DNA of 63,509 nucleotides, counting the filler, from Licmophora abbreviata (taxonomy: Eukaryota), in NCBI GenBank assembly GCA_900291995.1. It is 15 parts of 15 records of this genome, joined end to end, with 100 filler letters (N's around TTAATTAATTAA, not from the genome) between each part and the next. Parts side by side here need not be neighbours in the genome. Positions count along the whole stretch, not along the records: positions 13,694 to 21,684 come from OLMU01001459.1; positions 21,785 to 27,468 come from OLMU01001460.1; positions 27,569 to 30,889 come from OLMU01001462.1; positions 30,990 to 32,208 come from OLMU01001463.1; positions 32,309 to 35,298 come from OLMU01001464.1; 10 more parts are not named here. The stretch is one strand, 5' to 3'. The first letter of the stretch is position 1; every line of letters begins with the position of its first letter. Positions 21,601-32,878 of this stretch are shown in pieces. A model generated the notes under the pieces. That model saw nothing but the letters and a program-made list of their open reading frames with translations. It searched no databases and was not told the origin of the DNA. Position numbers and translations under genes: made by a program.

Positions 21601-23895
21601 ATGCATTCGTACAGCCACGTTCGTTCCTTCACCGCCAGAGCAGGCTCATTCAGTACAATCATATCGGACAGTAGGACCCAAGCANNNNNNNNNNNNNNNN
21701 NNNNNNNNNNNNNNNNNNNNNNNNNNNNTTAATTAATTAANNNNNNNNNNNNNNNNNNNNNNNNNNNNNNNNNNNNNNNNNNNNTCGACGGCGCAGTCGT
21801 CCCAGGCTTCTTCAGCTGCTGAGGTCTTCGCAATGAGCAAGGCGCACAGTCCGTACACTCCGGAGTGAATCTGTTCGCGTTTGACCTCAGCACCTCGACT
21901 GCCATCGAGAGACGCACCCCACCAAATGCCACCACCCAAAGGAGATCGCAGAAGTTTTCGAGATGTTGACAACAATGCATGACGAGCAGGTGTGAGCGGC
22001 GACAGCGCAGTCGCCAGCTCTTGAAACACATCTGCTGGTATCGCCTGAGAGAAGACCTGTGACAGTGGGCTCAGATCTCGCAATTCATCTTCGCTGGAAC
22101 TGGCTTCGCGACTACGCATGTGACTCTGGATAATGACCGATAGCGCCAGACACTGCAGTTTCTGCAAACCGCATGGGTTTTGCTGTTGGGTAAATGTCTG
22201 TAAAATGGTCCGTACCAATGTCTTTCGCGAGGCAGGTACTTCCTGATAGACAACGACAACAATCAGGACAGCCAGAAGGGCCTCTTCGAGCTTCCAATTG
22301 CAATTTGTCGTTGATGGACACAGTACAGTATTTGCAGCATTTACCCAAAGCTGGGCTCGCTCTGCGGCAAAGAACTGGTAGGATTGCTTGGCTAGCTGTG
22401 TGTGGCCCAAGTATAGACTTTCGCAGAGCAATTGTAACGAAAATGGCTGCCTGCCATCATCGTCGACGCTTCGGAAAAAGCGTCCCTGTCCTTGGTATAA
22501 CACACCGTGCAAGCTTCCCCGGACCTGTTCCATCACATGCGTTGCTCGCGAGACGTCATCAGTTCGACTCCTTTTTCTACTTACTCGAGAGCATCTGACT
22601 TGAGGAAACACGAAGTGAACAAGGGTCGCCCAGCATTGTTCTCTCAAGTCAAAGGAAGTCGAGACTGTCGGTCGTTTTTTCAGCGCGTGAGCCACAAGAC
22701 TCGACACCAATCGAGAGCCCGATCGCTCGGCGGCCTGTAGAAGCAGCAGATTAACGTTTGCCAGGACCCACGTGGGAATCTTACTCTCTAATTGCAGGCA
22801 GTCCAGTGATTCTTTCCAGTGATACAGCAAGGGTGTCGGCAGCGCGTCTAGACTGGACTGCAGTACGGTCTCTACGGTCGAATATGTCGAAGCATCATGC
22901 GACGCCATTTGAAGCAACTGCAGGAGCAGCGAGTGCCATATTGTCGACACAGCGTTGTCTCTTGTTGGCTCTCTGGAAACCACCAAAGACGCCACAGTTC
23001 GAACCATGCCGGGCAAGTCGGCCTGTGGAATTTCCTGCCAGGAGGCTCGAAGCGTTCGAGCCATTTGGATGGCATCGTCTTCTTCGATGCATCCTTGGGG
23101 GTCTTGACACACGTCCAGTGCCAAGGTCCACCAAGGCAGGAGTCTGTCAGGACGAATCCTGGGTGATCGCAGCAGTGTCTTCCGAATCCGTCCCTCAAGG
23201 CATCGCGGTGTCTCTAGCGTGGAATCCATGTCTTGAAACAAGGAAACGATGCTTGACACGAGTTCTAGAGGAAGCATCCAATGCGAATTATCGGAAACAG
23301 ACGTTGCACCGCTACCTGTTGACTCTATCTCAAAGAGAGGCTCCAAGGCTGCCTCGGTCAAGGCTTCCAGCCACTGTCGAGGTGTTGTTGTACTACGCTC
23401 GGATGGTGGTGTGTCTGGATGCTTCCACACGCGCGTTGCCGACAAGATCAGAGTTTCTTGTTTCCACCAGGACGCTACAGTCTGCTGAAGAAAGCTCTGG
23501 ATTTCTGTTACACTGGTCCATAGAGTCTTGTTGCTGGTGTTGAGGGTGCTAGTACTACAGGTGCCCGTGGATTGATCGTGCATTGTGCGCACGAGATCGA
23601 TCGCAGCTTTCCAAGGGGTTTCATAGGAACTCGGGACGCACAGCAGCGCACGCAATACAGATTCCGGTGGCAAGGGTGACTCTTTCATCAGTATATGGGC
23701 ACGAAGGGATGATGCTAGTGACGTTTCGGGAAAGAGGGGTGCGTCCAACTGGCTGACTCCATTCGGCTGCTGCAAGGTTCGAGTCGTCGTTTGCAAAAGG
23801 GTTCGAACCTTGTCCACGTTGCCTCGAACAGCTGCATCGCAGATCTTTCGAAGAACAGATGATTCTCCCTCTTCGTGAGCCACCATTGGAGTCAT
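18606..23895 (-). CDS. FANCI: Large alpha-solenoid protein, probably a divergent FANCI; spans gap 21685-21784
   Basis: Two long same-strand ORFs run into the same gap. Colinear segments resemble FANCI as I recall it: DLPGMVRTV, LLSTSRKLL...SGVYGLCALL, KERTWLYECI...LFNFF, LPKVLYRMEELERSLQRL. The CDS is well supported; the identity is tentative. Confidence 0.55.
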
Positions 23896-24427
23896 TGCGA
23901 GGAGCTCTTTGGAAGAACGACAATGCAACCCTCAACTGCTGTGTGCTATGAGCGGTCCTATCAGCGGCATCATTATCAGGCTCGAAGCTCGAGTCGAGTC
24001 AAGTCAAGTCAAAAGTCAGCTCGGAGCGCGTCTCTGGTAGATTCGATTTTTGGAGCTCGAGCCTTGAGAAGCAGTCGAAAAGTGGAAGTTGAATTTGTCA
24101 ACCACGCGACTCTTTCTGGGATTGCGTACACTTCAGCTCAGCCTGTACTATTATACACCGTGATCAGCCCCCTTCGACTGTGTATGCAGGATAAAAGTGT
24201 TGCTTTCTACACGTTTTCGGCGTACTCCGGTACCGATAGACAAATGTGGAGGCGTTGGTATTTCCGTTGCTACGTACATGCAATGATGTAGTATACGACA
24301 TACAACGTTGTAGTATACGACTTTACGCGCACCTCCTTATGACAAATTTGGCGGAGATGCTCGGTGCGCGATCAAAATCAACACATACCTCCGTCCACAA
24401 AACTGAAGTTTATCTCACCACACCAGC

Positions 24428-25054
24428 ATGAAGCTTACTTCCCTCTGGTATACCTTTCTGATCGCAGCCGTCTCCCACAATGTGGAGGCGCAATCTTCGA
24501 GCTCGGCGGAGTCTGAGGATTCTGCGTCTGCGTCTTCTGCGGACTCGTCGGCGTTTGAATGTGTCGGTGTCATCTCAACCGCAAGTCACCCGGGAGCAGG
24601 CGAAGACATCGTGGTGCCTGAAAATGAGAGTTGCTTCATTCTCGACGTCAACGTTAAGAAGATCGATGTCAAGGAAGGTGGAACCCTCAAGGTGGGGAGC
24701 AATGGATCGATCTGTCCCGTCATTGATGGTGACGTCAAGTGTGACAAGTGCACTCAGGTCGATATCGTTGGAGTTCCAGGTACCTGCAACACGGTAGTCC
24801 AAGGATCTATTGAGGCCACACAAGCCACCAGAAGTGTGATTATCGAAAACGTTACCGTTGAAGACGGAATCCAAGTCACCAAATCTATTCTCGATGGAGA
24901 GCTCTCCGTTGAGGACAATGAAATTCTTAACGGAAAAGACGTTCTCATCAAGAAGAGCTCCGCTCCTGTCTTTACTGTCAGCAAGAACACCGGCGCCAAG
25001 AAGATCTTGTTCAACGAGAACCCCATCAACGGTGACCTGGTGTGCACGGACTAG
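24428..25054 (+). CDS. Secreted beta-solenoid-like protein (paralog 1)
   Basis: Signal peptide; Val/Ile/Gly/Asn-rich periodic sequence; shares EDIVVPE..C, CP.I.GDV.C..C..V.I.G and CN.VV.G.I with 25665-26264. Confidence 0.8.
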   Translation: MKLTSLWYTFLIAAVSHNVEAQSSSSAESEDSASASSADSSAFECVGVISTASHPGAGEDIVVPENESCFILDVNVKKIDVKEGGTLKVGSNGSICPVIDGDVKCDKCTQVDIVGVPGTCNTVVQGSIEATQATRSVIIENVTVEDGIQVTKSILDGELSVEDNEILNGKDVLIKKSSAPVFTVSKNTGAKKILFNENPINGDLVCTD

Positions 25055-25664
25055 TCTTTGTGACGTATCTGGAGTCCTAAGGCTTCTGCTTTTTCTTCCA
25101 CAAATGAATGAAGCAACCAAGACAGCAAGGGCAACTCTACTGGTAACTAAGTTCTGCGCGTTTATATGAGAGTTTCTAGTAGTAAGTTTTGTCTTGACCA
25201 TTAGCTCTAGCTAGATCGATTAAACGACAATGTTACCACAAAGACAGACGACCCGCCCTTCATGAATAGCAACAAAAGACTCTTTCTACACTTCCGTTTC
25301 ATACCGTTAGTCCCTAGGCCGAGAAAGAGAGGTGTGAAGGATGATTGAAATGAAAGAAAGCGACGCGATCTGAGATCCAGAATCTTAGTAGAAATATTCA
25401 TATTTGGTATTGGATACAATCATTTATTTTTTATGACCTTCATGCGGGTATGTATGATAAGTCTGAGCTTCACCCACAACAATCTTCACGTTCTCACACA
25501 TTTCAATCACGGATAGCAACAACGCAAAGATCAAAAATATGTGCGTGAGGAGATCTTGGTTCAAAGCTGTCACGGGTTAGAGCATCGCGCACTCTTGGAC
25601 GGGCGTAGGGTGAAGTAGTTCCTACAATTCAGTCGAGATTGTTCCAGTCAGCAGCTTCGTCACC

Positions 25665-26264
25665 ATGAAGTTTAGCTCCTTCTGTCTTTCGCTCTTGGTA
25701 GCAGGCCTGTCCAGTGGAGCTGAGGCGGCGTATGAGTGTGACACATCGTCTGGTACCAGTCCTATCATCGGTCCTGCTTCCATCCAGGAAGATATCGTTG
25801 TACCGGAGGGTGGGGTCTGCACCATAATCGGAGAAGTCAGCACTATGGGCATCCGCGTCGGGGAAGAAGCGATTCTCGAGGTGGGAAGCCTTGGAGGAAT
25901 GAGGGGAACGGACGGAACAGTCTGCCCGCGGATTATGGGCGACGTCACGTGTCTCGACTGTGATAGTGTCGAGATCACCGGCTCTATGAGTAACTGCAAT
26001 GTCATGGTGTCCGGCAATATCAACGTGTCTCAAGCCAACAAATATGTCCTCGTCCGCAATGTTTCTGTTGGCGATGGAATCATGATTGTCGATTCCATGC
26101 TCCCCATCGAGCTCACGGTTGAAAACAACATGATCGGGAATGGCAAAGAGGTTGTCATCGAGAAGTGCACAGCTGACAAGGTTAAAGTCACGGGCAATTC
26201 AGGAACAGTTGTTCTCGAGGACAACAACTTCGAAGGTGACCAGGAGTTTGACATGCAGTTGTAG
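25665..26264 (+). CDS. Secreted beta-solenoid-like protein (paralog 2)
   Basis: Signal peptide MKFSSFCLSLLVAGLSSGAEA; colinear similarity and conserved Cys pattern with 24428-25054. Confidence 0.8.
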   Translation: MKFSSFCLSLLVAGLSSGAEAAYECDTSSGTSPIIGPASIQEDIVVPEGGVCTIIGEVSTMGIRVGEEAILEVGSLGGMRGTDGTVCPRIMGDVTCLDCDSVEITGSMSNCNVMVSGNINVSQANKYVLVRNVSVGDGIMIVDSMLPIELTVENNMIGNGKEVVIEKCTADKVKVTGNSGTVVLEDNNFEGDQEFDMQL

Positions 26265-26454
26265 GAGACTGGCACAGACTTTGTGTTCCGTGGGCCATCT
26301 TGATGTCAGTGAGGATCCCAAGATGGTGATGTTTCAGTTCATTATAAATCTAGGCAAAGAATGAACACTACTGTGTACAGGTCATCGTTTACTACATGTA
26401 CTCCAGATAGTAGTGACTCGCCTCACGATCTAAAAAGAGAGGGGAGTGCTATCA

Positions 26455-26491
26455 TTGCCTTGCCTTGCCTTGCTTTGCCTTGCCTTGCCTT
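26455..26491. repeat. (TTGCC)n pentanucleotide microsatellite, about 7 units
   Basis: ttgccttgccttgccttgctttgccttgccttgcctt read directly. Confidence 0.9.
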
Positions 26492-26761
26492 TATGATGTT
26501 CCATGGGCGATGACCTTCTTTGTCGTCCGGGCCCATACTATGGTACCTAGAGTACATACGTGTTGCCAAAAGCTAGTCAATTTGCTGCTCGTACCGGCGA
26601 AATAGAGCCGCGGTTCCAGTTGCCTACGAACTCCACCTGGAGCGCGCGCCATCGCCGTCCACTGGTGCGCCGTCGCGCCATTTCGTGAGAGCTCTTATCG
26701 GTTTTGCTGAAAGCTGCAAACCACTTGTATCTCGTCAGCAGACAAGACGACCTTGACCATC

Positions 26762-27418
26762 ATGGCCGGCTCCACGACGTCTCCTCTCGCCCCCGCACAG
26801 CAGCGCTTCCTCCAGCGCCTTTTGGCAAGTCATGCCTTGACAGACGAAGAGGCCCTGGAGGTGTGGGAAAGCTGTAATTCGAGCTCAAATTCATCCTCCT
26901 CCACACTGCCACTCGCGACCATCAACGAGCAGCTCACGGCCGGCTTTGGCTTGGAAATCGGTTCGATCAAGCTGCACGGAACAAAGTATCACACAATCAT
27001 CAATCAACATGCCGACGAAAATACTCACATTGTGGAAAGCATGACCGAGTATACTCCTCACGAACGTGCGTACATTCGTGCGGTTTTGGAGCATATCGTG
27101 ACTAGCAATGACAACGACGACGATGACGAAGAGTCTCCGTCTGTGACGCGCATGGACTTGATAAATCTCCGTACGACTATGAGCAAGCCGTATCATATGC
27201 TCTCGATCGAACAGGCAACGCACGTTCTTGATCGACTCGTGGACGAATACTGGCTCGTCTTAAAAGATGGCGACAGCAAAGGGCCGGCGAGACGCCAGAG
27301 TCGCATGAAGGAAGAGTACCAGCTGGGGCCGCGCACGTATCTCGAACTCTCGTCTCTCTTGGTCGATTTGGGATGCCCCGAGGAAAAGCTTCCTCAGTTT
27401 CTTTACCATCGGTCGTAG
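26762..27418 (+). CDS. NSE1: Non-SMC element 1 of SMC5/6, winged-helix part only
   Basis: QRFLQRLLASHAL, INEQL..FGLEI, IIN..AD, YTPHERAYIRAVLEHIV, LDRLVDEYWL, LGPRTYLEL. Confidence 0.8.
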   Translation: MAGSTTSPLAPAQQRFLQRLLASHALTDEEALEVWESCNSSSNSSSSTLPLATINEQLTAGFGLEIGSIKLHGTKYHTIINQHADENTHIVESMTEYTPHERAYIRAVLEHIVTSNDNDDDDEESPSVTRMDLINLRTTMSKPYHMLSIEQATHVLDRLVDEYWLVLKDGDSKGPARRQSRMKEEYQLGPRTYLELSSLLVDLGCPEEKLPQFLYHRS

Positions 27419-27568
27419 AAGGTATCCAAGCACGCGAGGGCGTGCATGTGCCGAGGATGTTGTCATTGNNNNNNNNNNNNNNNNNNNNNNNNNNNNNNNN
27501 NNNNNNNNNNNNTTAATTAATTAANNNNNNNNNNNNNNNNNNNNNNNNNNNNNNNNNNNNNNNNNNNN

Positions 27569-30131
27569 TCCGAGAGCCGCAACAGTCACCAGAACAGAGG
27601 CCTGGGTTATAGCAAAAAGTATGAGCAACGATATTCCGACCCAAATGCCTCCCATCGCACGTGCGTAGCTGAGAAATGTAGACATGTGTACAGTGCCAGT
27701 CACGTTTGCTTCTTTCCCATCGTCGTCCGGATCAGCGGTAGCTGCAGGGGGATCGCAATGATGCAGAGTATTGTCTAACTCTTTTGAGGAAGCCGCAGCT
27801 GCTTCCACATTGTCTTCTATGGTTGAAGCAACGTTGTCGACACTGCTATCCGGTGCGTGTGCCGTGAGCTTGCCTCCGGAGGCTTCCAGACACGCCGAGT
27901 ACGACCCCACACAAGCGACTTTTCCTGCCTCCATCAGCACACAGCGTGATTCGCTCACATACTGGTGTTGATGTGTCGCCAGAACAACGCATTTACCCCG
28001 ATTGACGGTCAGGCCCAGTATGGCTTCATAAAAGATGAGACGCCCCACCTTGGCGTCAACAGCCGAGAGGGGGTCGTCGCAGATTAGAACATCCGCGTCT
28101 CTGTAGAGAGCACGTGCTAGACCAATTCGAGCACGCTGCCCTCCGCTGCATTGCACACCCCTGTCGCCCACAATCGTCATGTCCCCTTTGCGAAACTGTG
28201 CAAAGTCTTGCGTCAGGCCACACGCCTCAATGACTTGGACGTACCAGTCCTCGTTCCATTCAGTTCCCATTACAATGTTTTCTCTTACATTCCCGTCCAT
28301 TACCCAAGGGTCCTGTGCTGCATACGAGAGTGTTTGATAGCTTCGTGACAACAAGCCGGAGGATGCAGGCAGCTCACCTACCAGTGCCTGCAGCAAAGCA
28401 CTCTTACCCTGACCCACTGTTCCTATTATACATGTGAGTTGACCTTTTCGAAATTCCAGTGACACATCAGACAAAGCCAGAAAGAGATGCGATGTCAGAT
28501 TCTCTTGATCATCCCGTCGTGTGGCTTTGGACTGCACGGAGTTCCAATAGCATGTCATGTCAGACACGGCAAGGACAACCGATTCGTCACTAGGTCGTCC
28601 AGGGCGCTGCTCTTCCAGCTTAGGTACTTTCTTCTCCATTACTGGTAGTTCTGGGTGCTCTAGAAACTTCTGGATTCGATTTATGGACACGTAGCATTCC
28701 GAAACGCCCTATGATAGAACCGGTGCAACAGTGAGACTTTGAGCTACCGTTGTCCTTTCTCAGCACAAAGCCAAACAACACATCAAAACAACATACCATG
28801 ACTCCCAATGATACATGCTTGGTCATTTCCAGTTGCACAACATTGATAAGCGTCATGACCGTAAAGACACCACGCGGTGTTAATTCTCCTCCAGTCCCCA
28901 CGTGCACCAAGAATATCACGACCGAGATTACCACATTGGCAGAAAAGAACAAAGCTTCGTTCCATGCCTTCAGTCGGTTCGCCTTGGCGATTTGCCCGAT
29001 TTCTGCCGCGCGCAATTGTTGAATTCGTTCTAAAAACTGCCATTCCCACCCGCTCATCTTCATGACTCGTGCTCCATACACGGCCTGAGATACCAGCGTC
29101 ACTCGCTGGTCGGTAATGGCGGCAATTTTGCTCCGGTAACTGGCAAACTTTTTACTGAGCCACGCTTGCATGGGTACAAAGACAACGACCAGCAGGGCGA
29201 ATCCGGCGGCAAAAGCAGGGCCCAACAACCAAATCCCGACTCCCAAGATTGCCAGCGACTGGATAGGTGCCCACCAGAGATAACTGATAAACAGCGAGGC
29301 CATGATGAATCGTTCGACGTCGTTGGTGGCCAGGTTAATGATTTTCCCCGAGCTCGTTTGACTTGTCCTTCTCTTGGCGGAACTTTTTGTGTCTTCCGAG
29401 TTGTGATGATGATGGTGATGATGATGATGTTCCAAGTGGCCAGTACTGCTGAGATGGAGAGACTTTTCGTAAATGGCCGCGACGCATGCAATTCGATACT
29501 GCATACCCTTGTGCCAGGTAAAAAAGAAAACATGATGATGCTCAAAGAGCATAATGATGCCGCAGATTGCCAAGACCCCAGCCCACAGGTAGCCACTCGA
29601 AGTACTACTGTCCGTTTGTTCAAACGATTCAATGAGCAATCCCAGTGCAACAGCCTGGATCACCTTGGCAGTTGCCGTCGCCAGCATCATGGGTTGGATG
29701 TACCAAATGCTAGTAAGAAAGTCTCGAAACAGGGCGCGATGGAGGGAAGGTGAGGATGGATGTCGGGTGCACTCGTCCTTCCATAATTTTTCGAGATAGT
29801 GTCGGTTCACGGTACTTTCGTCCTGTGGGAGATTCTCCTGCAAGTCTTGTTCTTCCAAAGGCCGTTCCATGCCAAGTTTGAGCAATGGATAGGGCCATCG
29901 AAAGGTCAACCTGGAGAGTAGAGATGCTTTCGAAAGGGGATTGGGCTGGCGGGGCTGTAAAGCAGGATCGGATGGAGAGGAAGACGGGGTAGTATCCATC
30001 GCGACATTATGTTGGGCGTGGTTCTCACAGTGCAAAGTCGGAGCAGGAGTCATGTCGTCGTCGTCGTCGTCGTCGTCGTCTTCGACCTGATCGTTCATTT
30101 TCTTCGAATTCTCCTCTGCTTGACACATCAT
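27569..30131 (-). CDS. ABCC/MRP-type ABC transporter, 3'-partial (TMD1, NBD1, start of TMD2); intron 28709-28796
   Basis: NPLSKASLLSRLTFRW, GKIINLATND, Walker A GTVGQGKS, signature SGGQRARIGLARALY, DDPLSAVD; spliced GVM|GVSECYVSINRIQKFL. Confidence 0.93.
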
Positions 30132-30658
30132 TCCCTCAGTGAATCAATATGAACTCAGATGTCTTGTCTTTAGTACTGACTGTGATGCAGACTCAAAAGA
30201 TATGGAAAGAGACTTATGAATCAATCGAATCGCCGTCTCATTGATGTGCACGCATCGTCACTCTTCTCACCACCTCATCGCCGTGTCATGTTCAATTTTG
30301 AGTGTGGGGTCTCCTGGGTCATCATCTCGCTCGTTTTAGAGAAGTTGAGTCTCCTTCACCTTTGGAATAGAAGAAACGAGAGAACGAATTGGAAAAGGAG
30401 TGCAAAGAACAATTTGAACCGGATGGGAAGAGAATAGGATTCATACGGGAAATTTGAAAGATGAAATACTGAAATACGGACTGGCCGTCGAGCGAGTAAG
30501 CGATATTCAAGGTCATGAGAGAGTTATTAGCGAGATCACCAGAGGGGGCCAGTAGCTACACATCTCCCATGCTTGTCGTTTCGAAACGTCGCCTATAGTG
30601 CGTGGTCATAATTGCCGTGACCGTAGGAGCCCTTTCTGGATACGCTGTCCATGCAACG

Positions 30659-32052
30659 TTACACACTCGAAGAGCTACAACTGGGCAACATCTCCAACAT
30701 GGAAGGATATCGCGCACTTAAACGGAGATTTCCCACAATATAGTTGAGAGACCACCCAATCAGCACATCCACAAATAGATTGCACTTTAAATGAACGTTG
30801 TCATCGGCCTCACAAACACTGTTCATGCGCATGGCTCTACTCCAGTTTTCAATGTCCGCCAACCAGAGGTGGGCATTGTCACTAGGAGTNNNNNNNNNNN
30901 NNNNNNNNNNNNNNNNNNNNNNNNNNNNNNNNNTTAATTAATTAANNNNNNNNNNNNNNNNNNNNNNNNNNNNNNNNNNNNNNNNNNNNCACCTACCAAG
31001 TTCAGGTTGGACCTGTAGAGTGAGCGCACCACAGCATTCAATTCAAGTGTATTATTGATCATCGCCTGCATTTGCGGGTTCTTTCCTGCGACAATTGGAG
31101 CAGTCTGCACAATGAACTTGATCCCGCGCGAGAAATGGAGTGTTCTCGCCAGTACATCCACCTCCTTCCTGGATTTCTCGCGACACTGGCTCATGAAAGA
31201 ACCATCATACTTTGCGCAATGCAGCCCTTGGTTGAGAAGAACTCCCCTGGGCACGATCGAACTATTGCTGTCACCGTGACGCTGTAGATGTTCAATCATC
31301 TTCTTGTCGTTGCTGAACGTAGACCATTGCCATGAGAGGCACACAGTTGCATCTTCCATGTCTGCGCCTTGCTTCATCACCTGCTCTTGAATTGTATGGT
31401 TGAAACTAAAGTGTTGCAGGCGCAATGTGCACACGGCGTCTTCCGACAAAGGACAGCAGAAGACTTTGTGTTTGTGGTACGTTTCTCCGAAACTTCCAAA
31501 GTAATGCACCCTTTCGGATTTCCTTCCCATAGCAAGCATTTCGGACAATGTGGTGAATTGCCACCGAGAATAAGAATCACCAACGATATCCAACAGCCAT
31601 GTGACGGCATGCCTCTCGCCGTCTTGGTGATCTCTCTTCAGCGTGTCCCACGTTTGAGAAATTATTTCCTCCGAGTCCTGTAAAGTAGACTTGAGACAGT
31701 TGCTTCTATCCCGTCTGTTCTCCCCATCAAGAAAAACCATCTGTGTAATGTTGACAACAGAAACAGGTGATTCCCGGCTCATATTGTTCAACTGCAGGAT
31801 ATCGTTTCTGACGGAAGGATTGGAGGCCAGTTTGTCAAGACTTAGAAGTATGGGCCTTATTTCTGAAATGTTCTTGGGATGCTGCTCTCCGCTCTCATCA
31901 AAGACCATCAATGAGCGTGGAAGAATTAAGGTTGGCACATAGAAACTCGATAGGAGCATCAAAGTGAAAATAGCGAGAAAGCATACTCGCCTAAAACTGG
32001 ACGTGTGGAACGAAGACTCGAGAGTACACCCGAGAAGTCTGTGGGCGCTCAT
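30659..32052 (-). CDS. Type II membrane SGNH/PC-esterase-like protein (possible glycan O-acyltransferase or esterase); spans gap 30890-30989
   Basis: N-terminal TM, VGDSYSR and LLNQGLH lie right of the gap. The expected DxxH (DNVH) is in the same-strand ORF left of the gap. Confidence 0.6.
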
Positions 32053-32878
32053 TGCATGTGACTTTTCTCCTCAAGGTGACGGAGTGTTGAACTGTCAATG
32101 TTGCAGGCAACAGTGCGACGATATCTCAAGGACGCAAGGACGGCTGATACCTCGTGAACGATCAAGCAGACAACCTGAGCAGCCCAACCCAAGCAAAGGA
32201 CCGCCTTGNNNNNNNNNNNNNNNNNNNNNNNNNNNNNNNNNNNNNNNNNNNNTTAATTAATTAANNNNNNNNNNNNNNNNNNNNNNNNNNNNNNNNNNNN
32301 NNNNNNNNATGATTCTAATCCCTCCTGATTGCTACAAGGGTTCTTGCCAAAATTGAAGTCACGGTAAGCACGCAATTGTTGTGGTTGTACTTGTTGTGGT
32401 TGTTGTTTGCATTCATACAAGCGCGTGATTCGATTCCTCGTTTTCTTTTTTCTTTTTTTCTTGCAAACACGAACATCCTTTCATTCACGTTTGCAACAAT
32501 AAAGTCAGATCATAATTATCTATATCTCTGAAAATATAATACACTTTGTATGGTGTATTTACATAATTAAAAGATATTGTAAGTATATATACACTAATAC
32601 GTTTTTTTGTTTGTTTTATTTACTTGCGACACTAGCGTATCATATTATTCGTACTAACTTTTAATTGCTTGGTCGGCGTGTATGATACCCAAGACAGGAT
32701 GACGGCCAGACGAAAAGTTGTGAAGAAAGAAATACGAGTAATGATGATCGCGGCTCTCTCATCACTCGTAATTTTGATGGTGGGTGTCGTCCCATGCTTG
32801 CTCAAGTTGTCGTTCTTAGTGGGCTTTATTCCTCCCGATTGCAGCCCTCCTACCACAACATTGAAACACATATACACG

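Noticed and set aside
27419..27568. Naturally truncated half ABCC transporter abutting NSE1
   Set aside because: The ORF runs open into a gap of unknown true size, so the rest is probably unassembled.
32309..32878. TPP riboswitch near the thiamine-pathway gene
   Set aside because: No CUGAGA-containing TPP aptamer core is recognisable upstream; the 3' UTR is lost in a gap and cannot be assessed.
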